Shown here piece after piece: positions 1-13,300 of a stretch of 64,000 nt of DNA (the stretch's first letter is position 1; each line of letters opens with the position of its first letter). A program made the position numbers and the translations under genes. The stretch lies in contig OZ024740.1 of NCBI GenBank assembly GCA_964016885.1, forward strand, positions 206,956,001 through 207,020,000, read 5' to 3'. The stretch is from Eledone cirrhosa (taxonomy: Eukaryota). Below the pieces are notes generated by a model. The model was not told where the DNA came from and did no database searches. It saw only the letters and a program-made list of their open reading frames with translations.

Positions 1-334
1 CATCCATGAGATCAGCTGTCTTGCTTGGGGATCCAGCTGGATCAATTGGTGACGGTTGCTTCTGACAAGACCTGCTGGAATGAGTGTTTGAGGAATCTGC
101 TCCCACATCCCTCCCAGGAATAAGTGGACAAAGAAGAAGAGAAAAAGAAGAGACTGAATCAATCACTCAATTTAATGGGGTTTTCTAGAAGTGAGTCCAT
201 CCTCAGATCATGTCTGAGGATAACTTCTTCCTCCTACCAGTCATAGAAGGAGCCATGAAAAGTGTCTTTGCTATTGCTTTTCTTCCTCTGATTAAGCAGC
301 TTAAAATAGCATAAAATATAGTAACTGTACTTAC

Positions 335-890
335 CAGTATTAGACACTGAGGTTAGAATCTGTTGTTTTGGTAGAATAGCTATGTCATATATGTTACAAG
401 AAGGAACAATCTTTTTAATATATTCACCAAGTGGAGAAAATATGAGAATACGTCCTCCTTTCAGATCTGATACACATATATTTCCAGCTCTATTAATAGC
501 AATACCATAAGGCTTCTGGAAGTCATTTACATGGCTGCTATATCTACCAAATTTAGCAAGCAGTCCTTCTGCACAAAAAGGAATTTTAGGAATACATGTT
601 GGAACCTGATCACATAGGTTAGGATATAAATTATAGTTTGGTAGTGGAGCTGAAGGTAATGCACCAGGCACAGTTGGTAATACACCAGGCACAGTTGGTA
701 ATGCACAAGGCACAGTTGGTAATGCACAAGGCACAGTTGGTAATGCACAAGGCACAGTTGGTAATGCACAAGGCACAGTTGGTAATGCACAAGGCATAAT
801 TGGTAATGAACAAGGCATAGTTGGTAATGGTGGTAATGATACAGGTAGAGTTGGTGGAGTTGATGCAGGTTCTGGCTGTGTTGAGATTTC
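335..890 (-). CDS. Downstream coding exon of the RING-NHL gene: LPTVPCA repeat then first NHL repeat
   Basis: Pyrimidine-rich acceptor ...ccatttgtag|GAAATC at 890 is phase 0, compatible with the RING exon. Translation includes KFGRYSSHVNDFQKPYGIAINRAGNICVSDLKGGRILIFSPLGEYIKKI (NHL repeat). Donor ACTG|GTAAGT after 335. Gene continues beyond the window. Confidence 0.85.
655..830 (-). repeat. Coding 21-bp tandem repeat (about 8 units, LPTVPCA)
   Basis: ggtaatgcacaaggcacagtt repeated in tandem inside the NHL-gene exon. Confidence 0.9.
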
Positions 891-1045
891 CTACAAATGG
901 AAAAAGAGAGAGAGGAGAGAATAAAAGTTTTGATTCTTATCATTGAATATTTTCATAAAAGAGAAAATAGGAAATAATTTGGTTAATAACAATAACAACA
1001 GCTACTTCTGATTTTGGGACAAGGCCAGCATTTTGTTATTTTTAT

Positions 1046-1735
1046 ATGATGGCGGTGGCAGCGGTAGTGGTGACAGTGGCGGTGGTGACAGTGGCGGTGG
1101 CAGTGGTGGTTGTGTTGGTGGTGGTGGTGATGGTGATGGTGGTTGTGGAGCTGGTGGTGGTGGTGACGGTGGAGGTGGCAGTGATGGTGGCTGTGCTTGA
1201 GTTGGTGGTGACGGTGGTTGTGGTGCTGGTGGTTGTGTTGGTAGTGGTGATGGTGGTGGTGGTGATGGTGGTTGTGTTGGTGGTGGTGGTGGGGCTGGTG
1301 GTTGTGTTGGTGGTGTTGACGGTGGTTGTGGAGCTGGTGGTTGTGTTGGTGGTGGTGACGGTGGTTGTGGAGCTGGTGGTTGTGTTGGTGGTGGTGACGG
1401 TGGTTGTGGAGCTGGTGGTGGTGATGGTGGTTGTGCTTGAGTTGGTGGTGGAAGTTAAGGTGGAGGTTGTGTTGGTGATGGTGAAGGTGGTTGTGGAGTT
1501 GATGGCTGTGTTGGTAGTGGTGATGGTGGTGGTGATGGTGGTTGTGTTGGTGGTGGTGGTGGTGGGGCTGGTGGTTGTGTTGGTGGTGGGGCTGGTGGTG
1601 GTGGTGGGGCTGGTGGTTGTGTTGGTGGTGGTGACAGTAGTTGTGGAGCTGGTGGTTGTGTTGGTGGTGGTGATGGTGGTTGTGCTTGAGTTGGTGGTGG
1701 GGGAAGTTAAGGTGGAGGTTGTGGTGGGGGATTAC
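1046..1735. repeat. Degenerate (GGT)n/(ACC)n simple repeat
   Basis: Long GGT/GTT/GAT trinucleotide tract, which produces the spurious poly-V and poly-H ORFs. Confidence 0.95.
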
Positions 1736-1899
1736 ATTGTCCTGGATACTTGATTTGTGTCTTATTTTACCAATTCTAAAAGAATGAAAATCAAAGTTGA
1801 CCTTGGTGGAATTTGATCTCAGGATGTAAAGTGTTGGTGTAAACACCACAAGGCATTTTATTTGATGATCTAACAACAATAATAAAAACAATAATAATA

Positions 1900-2275
1900 A
1901 AAATGGTTTCTGATTTAGGCACAAGGCCAGCAATTTGAAGGGAAGGGGAAAGTCAATTAAATCGACCCCAGTGTGTTACTGGTACTTTATTTTCTCAACC
2001 CGATAAGGATGAAAGGCAAAGCTAACCTCGACAGGTTTTGAACACAGAACGTAAAGGGAAGTAACTACGTTGCAAAGCATATTGTCCGAGGCACACCGAT
2101 TCTGCCAATCCACTGCCCTAACAATAATAATAATAATTGTTTCTACTTTTGGCACAAGGCCAGCAATTACCCAATGCATTACTGGTACTTTATTCTATCG
2201 ACCCCGGAAGGATGAAAGGCAAAGTTAACCTCGGCGGGATTTGAACTCAGATCATACAGGGAGGTAACTCTAATA
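1900..2275 (-). mobile_element. Two tandem copies of a tRNA-derived SINE (family A, Nin/Deu-like central domain)
   Basis: Reverse strand GAGGTTAACTTTGCCTTTCATCCTT.CGGGGTCGATA..ATAAAGTACCAG with (ATT)n tails. Other copies at about 3345-3490, 14400-14480, 15475-15760, 23186-23370, 24125-24325 and 61610-61715. Confidence 0.85.
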
Positions 2276-3769
2276 ATAATAATGAGTGAAACACATAGGA
2301 GGGCAACAAGGGAAGGAAAGGGGTTAAGCCTGAATAAAAATTGTTCAGTATAAGAGTGAAATACATAGGAGGGCAACAAGGGAGAGAAAGGGGTTAATAT
2401 TTAATAAAGGTGGGTTCAGCAATAATATTAAGAAAAAAAAGGGTAATAATAAAGAAAACTAAAAGAAGGGAACAAGAAAATGATCCCCCAAAATAGGGGA
2501 GAAACAACAGAGTGATTCAGGGTACCTAAAATAAAATCATGGATTACTCTAACATGTCAAATGCAATGTCTTCTCTTAAATAATAATTATTTCTAACATA
2601 AACACATGGCCAGGAATTTGAGGAAAGGGGTTAGTGGATTATACTGCCACCAATACTTGATAAATAATTCATTTATTAAACCAAGAAAAATGAAAGGTAA
2701 ATGTGGCCTGGTTTTAGTTTAGTCGTATATTGTTTAATAGTTCTACACATGACATAGTTTACTTTTAATCAGCTCCTATCATAAGATATGACAAATGTAG
2801 AAAAAAGTGTATCATCATTATTGCTAAATTTACAAACTGATAAAATACACACTTATCTTTCTCTTACACATATTAAAATAAACCTTAACGTGTTTTTAAA
2901 ACATTCACATTACTCTATATTTACTATTATATTTTCATGGTAAAGCTTTACCTCACATAATTATCTCACATAATATCGAAGCTATGAGATTTTGATATTA
3001 TTTATTTTGAGAACAATACCTTAACATCAGTATGAGTGGCTGATGTCGATGATGATCATCATCATCATGATCATGACAATCGTGAGGATGAGGATAATGA
3101 TGAACGCCAATAATGATGACATAAGGATGACAACAATGATGAAGATGATGATGATAATGAGGGGGGGGGGGTTAATGATGATGTCAATGATGATGACATG
3201 ATGATGATGATGACAATGAAGATTATGGAAACAATAACGATAAAGATGATGGTGACAATAATGATGATTATGAGGAGGAGGATGACAGTGACAATGATGA
3301 CAGTGATAATGATGATGACGAAGTTAAGTGATTTATCTAAAATAATTATTTCTACTTTTGGCACAAGACCAGCAATTATCCCAGTATATTTCTAGTACTT
3401 TATTTTATCGACCCCGTAAGGATGAAAGGCAAAGTTAATCTTGGCGGGATTTGAACTCAGACCATAAAGGGCCGTAACTCTTTGCTGCAAATTTATGTAA
3501 TTTCCTTTGTCCAAAGACAATAGCTACTAGTCATTTCAGGATCATCAAGATTATCACTGTTTAACATCTATTTCCCATACTTGCATGGGTTAGCCAGATT
3601 ATCAGATAGTGAGGCTAGACTAATCAATCTCTCTTTACTTCTTGAGCCATAACCAGAGCTGCCATGAACTCCAGTGGATCCATCCTGATACTATCCATCA
3701 TGTCCATTGAAGTCGCCTGCCAAGATGAGCTAGATATTCGTGATTTCGAGGGACAAAAGGGGGCGTTTG

Positions 3770-4520
3770 GCCTAAATGGGTTGAGAACCTGTGCTATAGA
3801 TGAATCCATAAAAGAACTAGAGAATAAGTTCTAACTATAGAAACAGAATAAGGAATCAAAAATTCTGAGAGTAAACTTAGTCAAAACTAAAGTGCTAGCA
3901 AGTAAGAAAGAAGATAGGACCCTGATTCCCTCAGGGAAATGGCCCTGCTCAATTTGTAGAAAATGATTAGGCATAAACTCTATACAATGTATACAAGAGA
4001 TGTAGTGGGATAACAAGTAGATTAACAGAAAGGGAAGACTTTGTATGCACAGGGGTAACTGAGGGAAAGAGTGTTAATAATATAAACCTTTTTGAATTAG
4101 AGACAGGACCCATAGAAGTGGTTGTGTAGGCATCACAACAAAAAGCACCCAGCCCACACTGTAAAGTGGTTCTGTAGGCATCACAACAAAAAAGCACACA
4201 GTACTCACTGTAAAGTGGTTGCATAGGTGTCATGACAAAAAGTACCCAGCCCACACTGTAAAGAGGTCATGGTAGCACCATGTCAAAAAGTGCCTAGCCG
4301 ACACGGTAAAGTAGTTGTGTAGGTATCATGATAAAATGCACCCAGTACTCACTGTAAATGTAGTTGGCATTAGGAAGGGTATTCAGCTATAGAAACCAAG
4401 CCAAAAGCAGTTTTGTATGGGCAAGACATGGTCACCTGACCTGGTATTTCTCACAACAGGACAACTCATCTTAGCCATGCTAGCATGGAAAAATGGACTT
4501 TAAATGGTGATATGATGATG
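3770..4520 (+). mobile_element. Degenerate RTE LINE 3' fragment with tandemly repeated 3' UTR
   Basis: Remnants of LRVNLVKTKVL..SGKWPCSICRK, repeated cactgtaaagtggttg units and an ATG-repeat tail. Confidence 0.75.
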
Positions 4521-4724
4521 ATATAAAAATTCAAATAAAACCTTTTTCTTTTGAATTCATAGAATTTCGATCTATAGCAGATATGTTATTCTTTGATGGA
4601 TGTTTGATAAGAAGAATAATACCATGATTGTGATGTTGACAATGTTTATTTTACAATTACAATATGTGACAGAATTTATCGCTACATTAATTTGCTGGCT
4701 AGCTACTTTGAGCTAGCATGAATG

Positions 4725-5381
4725 TGTAGCGGTTGTCTCCCTTGTTTGGATTAACATCTAGACGGGAAGTAGAACCCTTTCTGTAACTTCTGGTCAGAAC
4801 CCTATAAAACTAACAACTTTAAGTTCTCACTCTCTCATTGCCCTTTCGGCACCAGGCCAAGAGCCTCTCATTTGCCTTCCGGCGCCTGGCCTTAGCCAGG
4901 CGTCCTCTGCCAGCCGCGTTTGCCTGGCAATCAAAACGGTAACGACTAACTTTGTTTCATTCTATCATCTATTTCTTTGACATGTCAACTATACTATCTA
5001 CCATTGTTAATTAAATATTATACACAAATATAGCGAGGATACTTGGTTGTATGAATGTAACAAAACGAGGCATGGTTTGTGTGTATAATGTTTAATTAAC
5101 AATGGTAGATAGTATAGTTGACATGTCAAAGAAATAGATGATAGAATGAAACAAAGTTAGTCGTTACCGTTTTGATTGCCAGGCAAACGCGGCTGGCAGA
5201 GGACGCCTGGCTAAGGCCAGGCGCCGGAAGGCAAATGAGAGGCTCTTGGCCTGGTGCCGAAAGGGCAATGAGAGAGTGAGAACTTAAAGTTGATAGTTTT
5301 ATAGGGTTCTGACCGGAAGTTACAGAAAGGGTTCTACTTCCCGTCTAGATGTTAATTCAAACAAGGGAGACAACCGCTACA
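4725..5381. mobile_element. Foldback MITE with about 300-bp near-perfect TIRs, TGT...ACA ends and 4-bp TSD (Ginger-like)
   Basis: 4725-~5028 is the reverse complement of ~5076-5381. AATG flanks both ends (4721-4724 and 5382-5385). Confidence 0.85.
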
Positions 5382-6839
5382 AATGTATGTATCAATACGA
5401 CGTTACAATAAAACAGAGAGACGGAAGAATAGATGAATTACTATGTGTGTGTGTCTATTCTTAGCATACGTTATTCGTCTCAAGGACTGCTGCTTGATTC
5501 GGTCTGCGTGCTGGCTGTCGTCTGGCCGAGAAGGTGAAAGCCATTAAGACCAGGAGAGAGAAAGAGTTAACCTTAACACGGACTGCTTGCTTCGGTCTCT
5601 CTGGTTGCTAAGTTCCTTAAGTCCATGTATTTATAATAATGCTATAGTTAGAAGGATGTGTATATGAGATTGATTTATGATCAGCCATGTGGATATCATT
5701 TCCCAGGAAGCTGGAGTCACAGGTCAAGTGGTATGTACGTTCATTATCATTGTCTTGACAGAACAATGGTGGGAACCTTCCAATAATGGGTGGTCCCAAA
5801 GGCGAGAAACCTCAGATTCGGTTCCGAATCTTCGCCGGTAAAACATAGGAGTATTCCATTATATATCTATTTTCTATTTGACACATCTATCGGTAGCTTT
5901 AATTGTATCATACTGTTGAAGCTCAGCATGGTATACATGACTAAACTATATTTTAGTATAATACTGTCTACCCATATAAATTTAAATAAAATGTCCTGGG
6001 GTATAAATTTCTTCATTTAAAAAAGAACTTTGACCTAAAACTCAAAGTAAATGATAAGGTCACATCTGGATATATCTATATATACAACGTCAAGTAAATA
6101 AAATTTGATTATTTACTTGACTGAGTTACACATATTTTATATATTTTCAATGCCTCCCCTTTCACAAACACACTTTGACGAACAAAGTTCAAATATGTTA
6201 GTGAGGAGTAAAATAAACCTATTTCTTTTGTTTGAATTTATAAAAGAAAAAAGTGAGAGCCATAGAGTCTCTATGGCTCTATTAGAGAAAAGTTGTCAAC
6301 TGATATCTGACAATTCAGATCATCTTTCTACATCTGGTGTAATGAGATCAGGATTTATAACATGAAACATACTTAAGAGACAAGGGGAATTAATGTGATG
6401 CAAAGGACTTTTTCCCCAGAAAAGGGAGGGAGAGTAGATGGACACTCGAACTCCCATAGCTCAGAGTTTTCTTTTTCCAACTAATAGTTATGCAACCAAC
6501 TAATCTTACCTCCAAACATGCTGCCAAGAACTCCCCTCCTTGGAAAACAGAGGGGGATTCCTCCCCAACCAACCAACACCACCACCACGCCCGAGTTTTC
6601 TTTACCATTTCTTTTTCCCTCGGCATTTGCGTGTGTTAATTAATCTTACCTCCTAACATACTGCAAAATATTTTTTCGTCACCCATCCGGCAAAAAACTC
6701 AAGGGATAAGGTGTAAAAAAATTTTACGGGACACACACACACACATTCGAAGTTTCAAATTTACACTTGCCTCGTGTTTCTTGGGAATTTTTTTTTTAAA
6801 CGTATCTTACATCCAAATCCGTCGGAAATGACACATTTT

Positions 6840-6876
<37 letters not shown>

Positions 6877-7485
6877 GATGAGAGTGTGGTATCTTCGGAG
6901 TTTCACACCATCGATGTTTTCTTTACAATACTTTTTTCCTAGAGTCTTTTGTTTTTAACGAATCTGATATTCAAACCAGTCGGAAATTAGTTTTCTTTTA
7001 TTTTCAATCGGGGGGGGGGGGGGGGGTCTTCTCCTATAGTCTTGGATTGACCAATGCCTTGTGAGTGGAATTTGGTTGACGGAAACTGCAGAAGACAGTA
7101 TGTTTGTGTGTGTGTGTGTGCTTATGTTTGTATGTTTGTATCTGTCAATGTTTGTGTCCCGTAAATTAGCAGATCTATAAAATATATACTGCGGGTCGAT
7201 ATGATCGACTAAATCAAGGGTGATGTTGCAATCTACTGAGTGAAACAAGTAAAAGTGAAAATGAATAAATAATATTTGAGTTATTTTGTATAAAAACCGG
7301 TGTCGTTTTACAACGGGTAACCGGTGTCGTCTTAAAAAGGGTAACCGGTGATGAGTGAAAATCAATGGAAGGGGTATAAGCGTGACGACCAGTGTCTTAC
7401 CTTAACAGGTAATGCTTTATATTTACAAAAAAATCTAGATGTGCCACATGCATTCCACAAAGAAGAATATCGATAATGTATTTAT

Positions 7486-7572
7486 TTTTAACTATTAAAT
7501 TTTAAATATATTCTTTTAACTATTAAATTTTAAATATATTCTTTTAACTATTAAATTTTAAATATATTCTTA
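7486..7572. repeat. Short AT-rich tandem repeat, about 3 copies
   Basis: ttttaactattaaattttaaatatattc repeated. Confidence 0.85.
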
Positions 7573-7904
7573 TATTTGGGAGGGTCACGTTGTACTAATA
7601 TTGCCAAAAATAATAAAATACTCCCTTTTTGGTTCGGTTTCCATTTCAGTTTCAGTGATATATATATATATATACTGAAACTGAAGCGAAAACTAAACCA
7701 AACGGGGGAGTGTTTTATTATTTTTTGGCAATATTATGACAACATGATCTTCCCCAAATATAACTATCTGTTTCCACACACGATTTCATATCAAAAACCT
7801 TGCAAAACAAATATATCGCTGCCAAATTTTAAATAAAATTATTAAAAAGGAAAAATGAATATGAAAAAATATTACAAAAAAATAAAAAATAAACTAAGTA
7901 ATAC

Positions 7905-8480
7905 CGAAATTGTGTTGGTTTGTGTATTGATGTCCTGTTGTTTCTCGGGTGGAACTTTCTCCGGTGGAACATTCTCGGGTGGAAGCTTCACGCATAGAAA
8001 CGTTTCTGGTGGAACCTCCACGGGTGGAATCGGATCGTGTGGAATCGCATCGTGTAGAAACGCATCTGGTGGAACTAACTTGGGTGAATCCTCGTCAACC
8101 ATGTTTACTATGGTAAACGATGAGAGATCAACATTCTCCGTACTATTAACTACAGCTTTCGGTATTGGCTGTTGCGTATTAGTATTAGCCGTTTCTTTAC
8201 CATTCTCCTCCTTCTTCGCTGTCAAACTATCTATAATACTCTGTAAGGTATGATTATGAGGAAATCCGTCGACCCCTTTCGAGGGTAATGTGATTTCAAA
8301 CCTACATTCGGGACAGGGGAACTTGCCATTGTCATCTGTGAAACTTTTCACGTAACATGCCAGACAATGTTTACAATAGGAATGTAGACATGGAATCAAG
8401 GTTAATGGTCGGGTATATAACTCTAAGCAGATAGAACAAGTTATATCTGCTACTATTTTCTCTTCTATGTAATGCGACAT
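7905..8480 (-). CDS. TRIM2/3-like RING-finger/NHL-repeat E3 ligase, first coding exon (RING-HC plus Pro-rich linker)
   Basis: ATG at 8480. CSICLELYTRPLTLIPCLHSYCKHCL...CPECR is a C3HC4 RING, followed by LPSKGVDGFPHN, like the post-RING motif of TRIM2/3. Putative phase-0 donor TCG|GTATTA after 7905 (192 codons). Confidence 0.85.
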
Positions 8481-8638
8481 TGTTCTTCCTTACGAAACTG
8501 GAAAGTTTGGTCTTTATCTGCTGCTCGATATATTAGTAATGACAACTACAATGGTGATGGTAACAGCCAGCAGTAGTAGTAGTAGCGGTGGTAATAGTAG
8601 TAGTAGTGATGGTGGTAGTAGTAACAGTAGTAATAGTG

Positions 8639-8672
<34 letters not shown>

Positions 8673-9049
8673 CAGCAGTAGTTGCGTCACTCAAACATTA
8701 TTTCTACCAACTCATTCTGAGCACAGTTTTCACTATCGTCATCATTAACATAAACACGCACCTACACACACACACACCTACACGCACATATACACAATAA
8801 TACACATACACACAGATACACAGACACACTCACACAAGTTTATTTTCTTTTGTCTCCGTACTTTCTCAAAGTTGTTTTAGTCGGAATATTAAATCATTTG
8901 TCTTAAATAGATCATTTCTTTTACATATATGAAATTATATATCGAAAGACATTCCAGCCATGCCCATCCCGTTTTTATTCTGGTTCCTAGTTGTTTTGTT
9001 TTTAAAAAAGTAGGATGTGAGAAGTAGCATGTCTATAGAAGCAAGACAT

Positions 9050-9610
9050 GGATGGTAAACGGGGAGCAACAGAGAAAGCTGAACAGAGCAGAAATGAGAA
9101 TGGTCCGATGGATGAATGGAATATCACTGAGAGAGAGGGGGGGGCAAGCAATGAATTGCAGAGGATGGTGGGGATAGAGCCAGTGATGAATGTTGTGGAG
9201 AGAAATAGAATGAGATGGTTAGGTCATGTGTTGAGGAAAAATGAAAGTGACTGGGTGAGAAGAGTGGTAGAAATGATAGTAAAAGTGAGTAGAGGAAAGG
9301 AGTGAAAAACATGGCTAAAGAGGGTGAGAGGGGTATGAAAACTAGTGGGTTGGTGACAGAGGATGCAGACAATAGGGGGGAATGGGGTGGCATGTTACAG
9401 CGAAATTACCTTAAAGAACCTTTGTTAAGTTTAATACCTATCTATCTATTAGTATTCGCTGTAAACGGAGGCGACGAACGTTCTGGAAGGACCTGATGGC
9501 AGCCAGCATCACCTGGCACAGTCTCGAAAAAGTTGCCGCTGATCGTGACCGTTGGCGAGTACTTACTACTCGATGCGCCGAACGGCACGGAAGAATCTAA
9601 GACTAAGACT
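9050..9610 (+). mobile_element. Two degenerate LINE (RTE-like) 3' fragments
   Basis: RNRMRWLGHVLRKNESDWVRR and LEKVAADRDRWRVL C-terminal motifs. The second fragment ends in a ctaaga-repeat tail. Confidence 0.65.
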
Positions 9611-9789
9611 ATTAGTATTAATGTGGTGTGGTAAAAATATATATACATATACACCAGGTCCGAACACAATAGATCTAAACTCCCACTGTCACTGCCTCCG
9701 TCTCTCCCACTTTCCACCATCTCTCACTATAATAAGCAAATGGGGGACCACGTGTTGGCCGTCCCGCAGCCTCGGAGGACAGATTAGAG

Positions 9790-10060
9790 AAGGTGTTTCC
9801 CCGGAAGATAGTGAGGGTGACACGTTGGAAGAGTCATTTCAGCTTGCAAGGCTCACGCCTGCGGCTAGTCAACTCTGTACCAATGGTGGTGAGTAAGGAG
9901 GTGGCTCTAGGGCCAAGGACACCAGATGTCTCGACTGCAAACCTATTGGAGAGCGACCGATATTTAGAGAGTTTACCCTCCTCGGCCCGAAGTGCAGTAG
10001 AGCCTCGGTTAGTCGCAGACTGCACCAGGTTGCCGCTGGAGAATGTGACGCTGCATTAGA
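9790..10060 (-). mobile_element. CRE-like non-LTR retrotransposon C-terminal (restriction-like endonuclease) fragment
   Basis: AEEGKLSKYRSL..FAVETSGVLG..LFQRVTLTIFRGN resembles the K..KY / A.ET.G / QR....RGN signature of CRE-clade RLE domains. Confidence 0.6.
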
Positions 10061-10191
10061 GTGTGATTTGATGGAGATTTGCATGCTATTTCTGGCAGAT
10101 CGATCAACCATATAGAGGCTTTTTCATTGGCTTACATTATTAATGGAGTTTGTCAAGTTAAAATTGACACAAGGCTAGGAATGGGTAGAGT

Positions 10192-10259
10192 TCTTCTTCT
10201 TCTTCTTCTTCTTCTTCTTCTTCTTCTTCTTCTTCTTCTTCTTCTTCTTCTTCTTCTTC
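10192..10259. repeat. (CTT)n microsatellite
   Basis: Pure CTT run. Confidence 0.95.
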
Positions 10260-10331
10260 ATTTCACATGGTCCCCAGATATGTCACTGTCTTCCTCCTAT
10301 GTTAGATAAGATACACTCCTGAAGTCATAAA

Positions 10332-13300
10332 TGTTACTAAGTGTTGAAGTGCGGGCACCTACCTTTGTGTCTTCACTTGAGTCTGGACTGAATCTCCCTG
10401 CATGGATATTCACCTGTTTTATGTGCGGCCACATAAATACAGAGAGTCTCTCACACACAATCATAGCACATCCACACAGTAGACTGAAGAAAGAGAGCGC
10501 AAAAGGCTCATGAACTATGATGTCATGTCACTAGCCCCTCGCTTCCAGCAAAACCTCCCCTGCACATCTGGCCCTAGCCCTACACACACCCCTGATCTCA
10601 AAGAACAATCACCCCATCATATTACTCCATGTCAAAGTCCGACATCCACCTGGGTGAACAGCATTCCCATTGCGATATCTGCACAGTTGGGGCAGCACTT
10701 TCGTTCTCCTCTTCCTTGAAATTGATCAAATCAACGACTTTATGGACATCTAAGATGCAACATTCCATCCACAGACACGTTTCCCTTTCCTTTTCCCCAC
10801 TGAGATGTGCAACGCGCATTCGGGGGCTTGACCCAGACTTCTTTACCCACTTGTATGAACACATTCTCTCTCTCCTCCATAGGTTGTTGTAATAACGGGA
10901 ATGGGTGTCACCATTTATATCTATATATTGCCCTATGTGGTACCAACTCCTCGGCCTGTCCCACTCGAGGTGACATGTACCAGAATACCGCCTCCATTAG
11001 TGAAATGTGTCCCCTCTCCACCATGGCCTTGATCAGCACCTCCGAGCGAAATGCCGTGTTGTTATCCATCAACAGTTCAACCACAGGGCCCCGCTTCAAG
11101 AATATCTTTTTCAACGTCTGTGTGATTTACCCCACAGTCCCTGTCCATATTGCCACACACCCTGGTCTACAATCATCCACCGAGAGATATGTCCCCTGTT
11201 GGTAGTGTGTTATATCCACTGCCAATTGTTTCCAGTCTTCAAGTTGTACTCCACTGAGATGTTACTCATCTCGTGCACTACTGGGGCAGGGTTGATAGAC
11301 TGACATCTGTCACAACTCTAAACCACTTTCTGGACACTCTGTCAGGTAACGTCGGAGTTGACTTTCTTGGCTAGGAATAGGGTCCTATCCACTCTCATAT
11401 GATGCATGGTATGCAACCTCCTCAAACTTTGTACCCTATTTTTCTCCGAGGGTACGAAGACCACACTCAACTTCAGGACGAACTCAGCAGCCAGCTCTCC
11501 CAGAGTTCCAAAGCGGTGCTTTTTTAACATTTCTGCTGCCTCTCTCGTCCGCACCCTCCTCTCACTGGTAAGGTAAGCACTGATCTCACCCATCCAAGTA
11601 TAGTGGCTGAATCCAGTATGAATTTCTATGGCATGCATCCCCCATCTCAGAGCAAGATTCACTCCCCTTAGCATGGCGTTCGATTTAGCCACTTCTTCCC
11701 GAGCCAGACTGCGTCCTTGACCTTGACATCCCCTATTTCCAGAGCGACCCCTAGTGCTATGCTGCTGTCATCACACCATACAGTCCCATTCTCCGATTTG
11801 AGTATGTACCAGCTTCCTTTTACTAGGTTATTCACCTTTACTCTCCTCGTGATCTCCCACATCATGGCCACAGCCCTCTCCCCTACCCTTTCTCCGCAGT
11901 TCCTCCCATCTGCTCTTCTCTTGACATAGCTGCATGCTGTTTGGAGCCATCCCGTGATTGGATAGTGGTCCACTAATTTCCCACACATTGAGAAAAGTTC
12001 TCATCTGTCAATGTCGGTGCCCAGTTCTAGGACCTTATTCCCCCTCCAAAATACCAGTGTGCCTGTCTTGTCTCTTCGCAGCTTGAATTCCAGTGCGGCT
12101 CCTCATTCCACTGGCTTTAGCAGTTTTACGGTTAACCGAAACCTTCCTAGGGGGTTTGAGACCTCTGCTGCCGATACCACGGTCTCAGCTACCAAGATGC
12201 AGGAATTGGTGGTCCTCTTCACTTTGTCGACCTTGAGAAATGGCCATGAGAACCGTCGCCGTGATCTTTGGTGTCGAATTCAAGCCGAACCCCCAGGCTG
12301 GTCAGGCAGTATGTCTGGCCCTTATACCTGACCAGCTGGTACTTCCACAGTTTCTCAGCTACATGTAGCTGCAGACATGCCGACTTCCAGTCAACAATCA
12401 TGGAGGCCCCCGTCATTTGTCTCCATTCTCTCAGACATCTGTGACTTTGTCACCTATGTTGCATGACACATGTTCATTCAGTTAACGAAAGTCCAGCACC
12501 AGTCTGACCTTGTTCTTTGTTGGTTGCACTACTGACATTAACAACAACACTCCACTCTTTATCTCCTCCTTCCAAGGGATTAATATGCCCTCTTCGACCT
12601 ATTTTTGCACCTCTCCCTCAAACACGCTTCTTGCATCCCCTTTCAGGGTATGCTGATAGCAGCTCACTCTGGTCTTCAACATCAGGGGCTCTCCTTTCCA
12701 GTGCTACTCAACTATCCACCACTAACCATCGAACATAGTCCTAAAATCTTTGTTTTGTATGGTATGAACAGCACATTTTTCTTTGTGGATCTCCCTGTTC
12801 CCCTGTTGAACAGGCACATGGTGTTCCCGCACTATCAAATATCACCCTGAACTCACTCACTGTAATGTTTCCTAAGCAGCCAATCACATCCATGCCTATT
12901 ACCACAGCAATTCGGTCCACCACATGGTCAATCTTGATCACCCACAGCCTTATTTTCATTCCTTGTACTGCTATCTCCATCTCACTGCTACCTCTGCATC
13001 TAATCTCCTTGCTGTTGACAGCCCTTATGCTACTCATCCCGCTCCACTTTTTAACCACCTCCAGGGTCACTAATGTTGTGCAGCTTGTGTCCACAAGGGC
13101 TCATGACAGTTCCCTCCCTCCATCAGAACTTCCCCTATGGGCAGTGACTGCAATACACCTCTACTCACTGCCAGGGGTTTCCTGGTTGCAATTGTTGGCA
13201 ATGTGGCCTACCCGCTTACATCAGTAGCAAATTATTTCAGGCTGTCAACTGTCGGAATCTCACCGAAATTTCATCGAAGAAATCGTTCACAAACCCCATC

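Noticed and set aside
983-1933. 316-aa His-rich and 235-aa Val-rich ORFs
   Set aside because: Translations of a GGT/ACC simple repeat running into SINE sequence; no splice or domain support.
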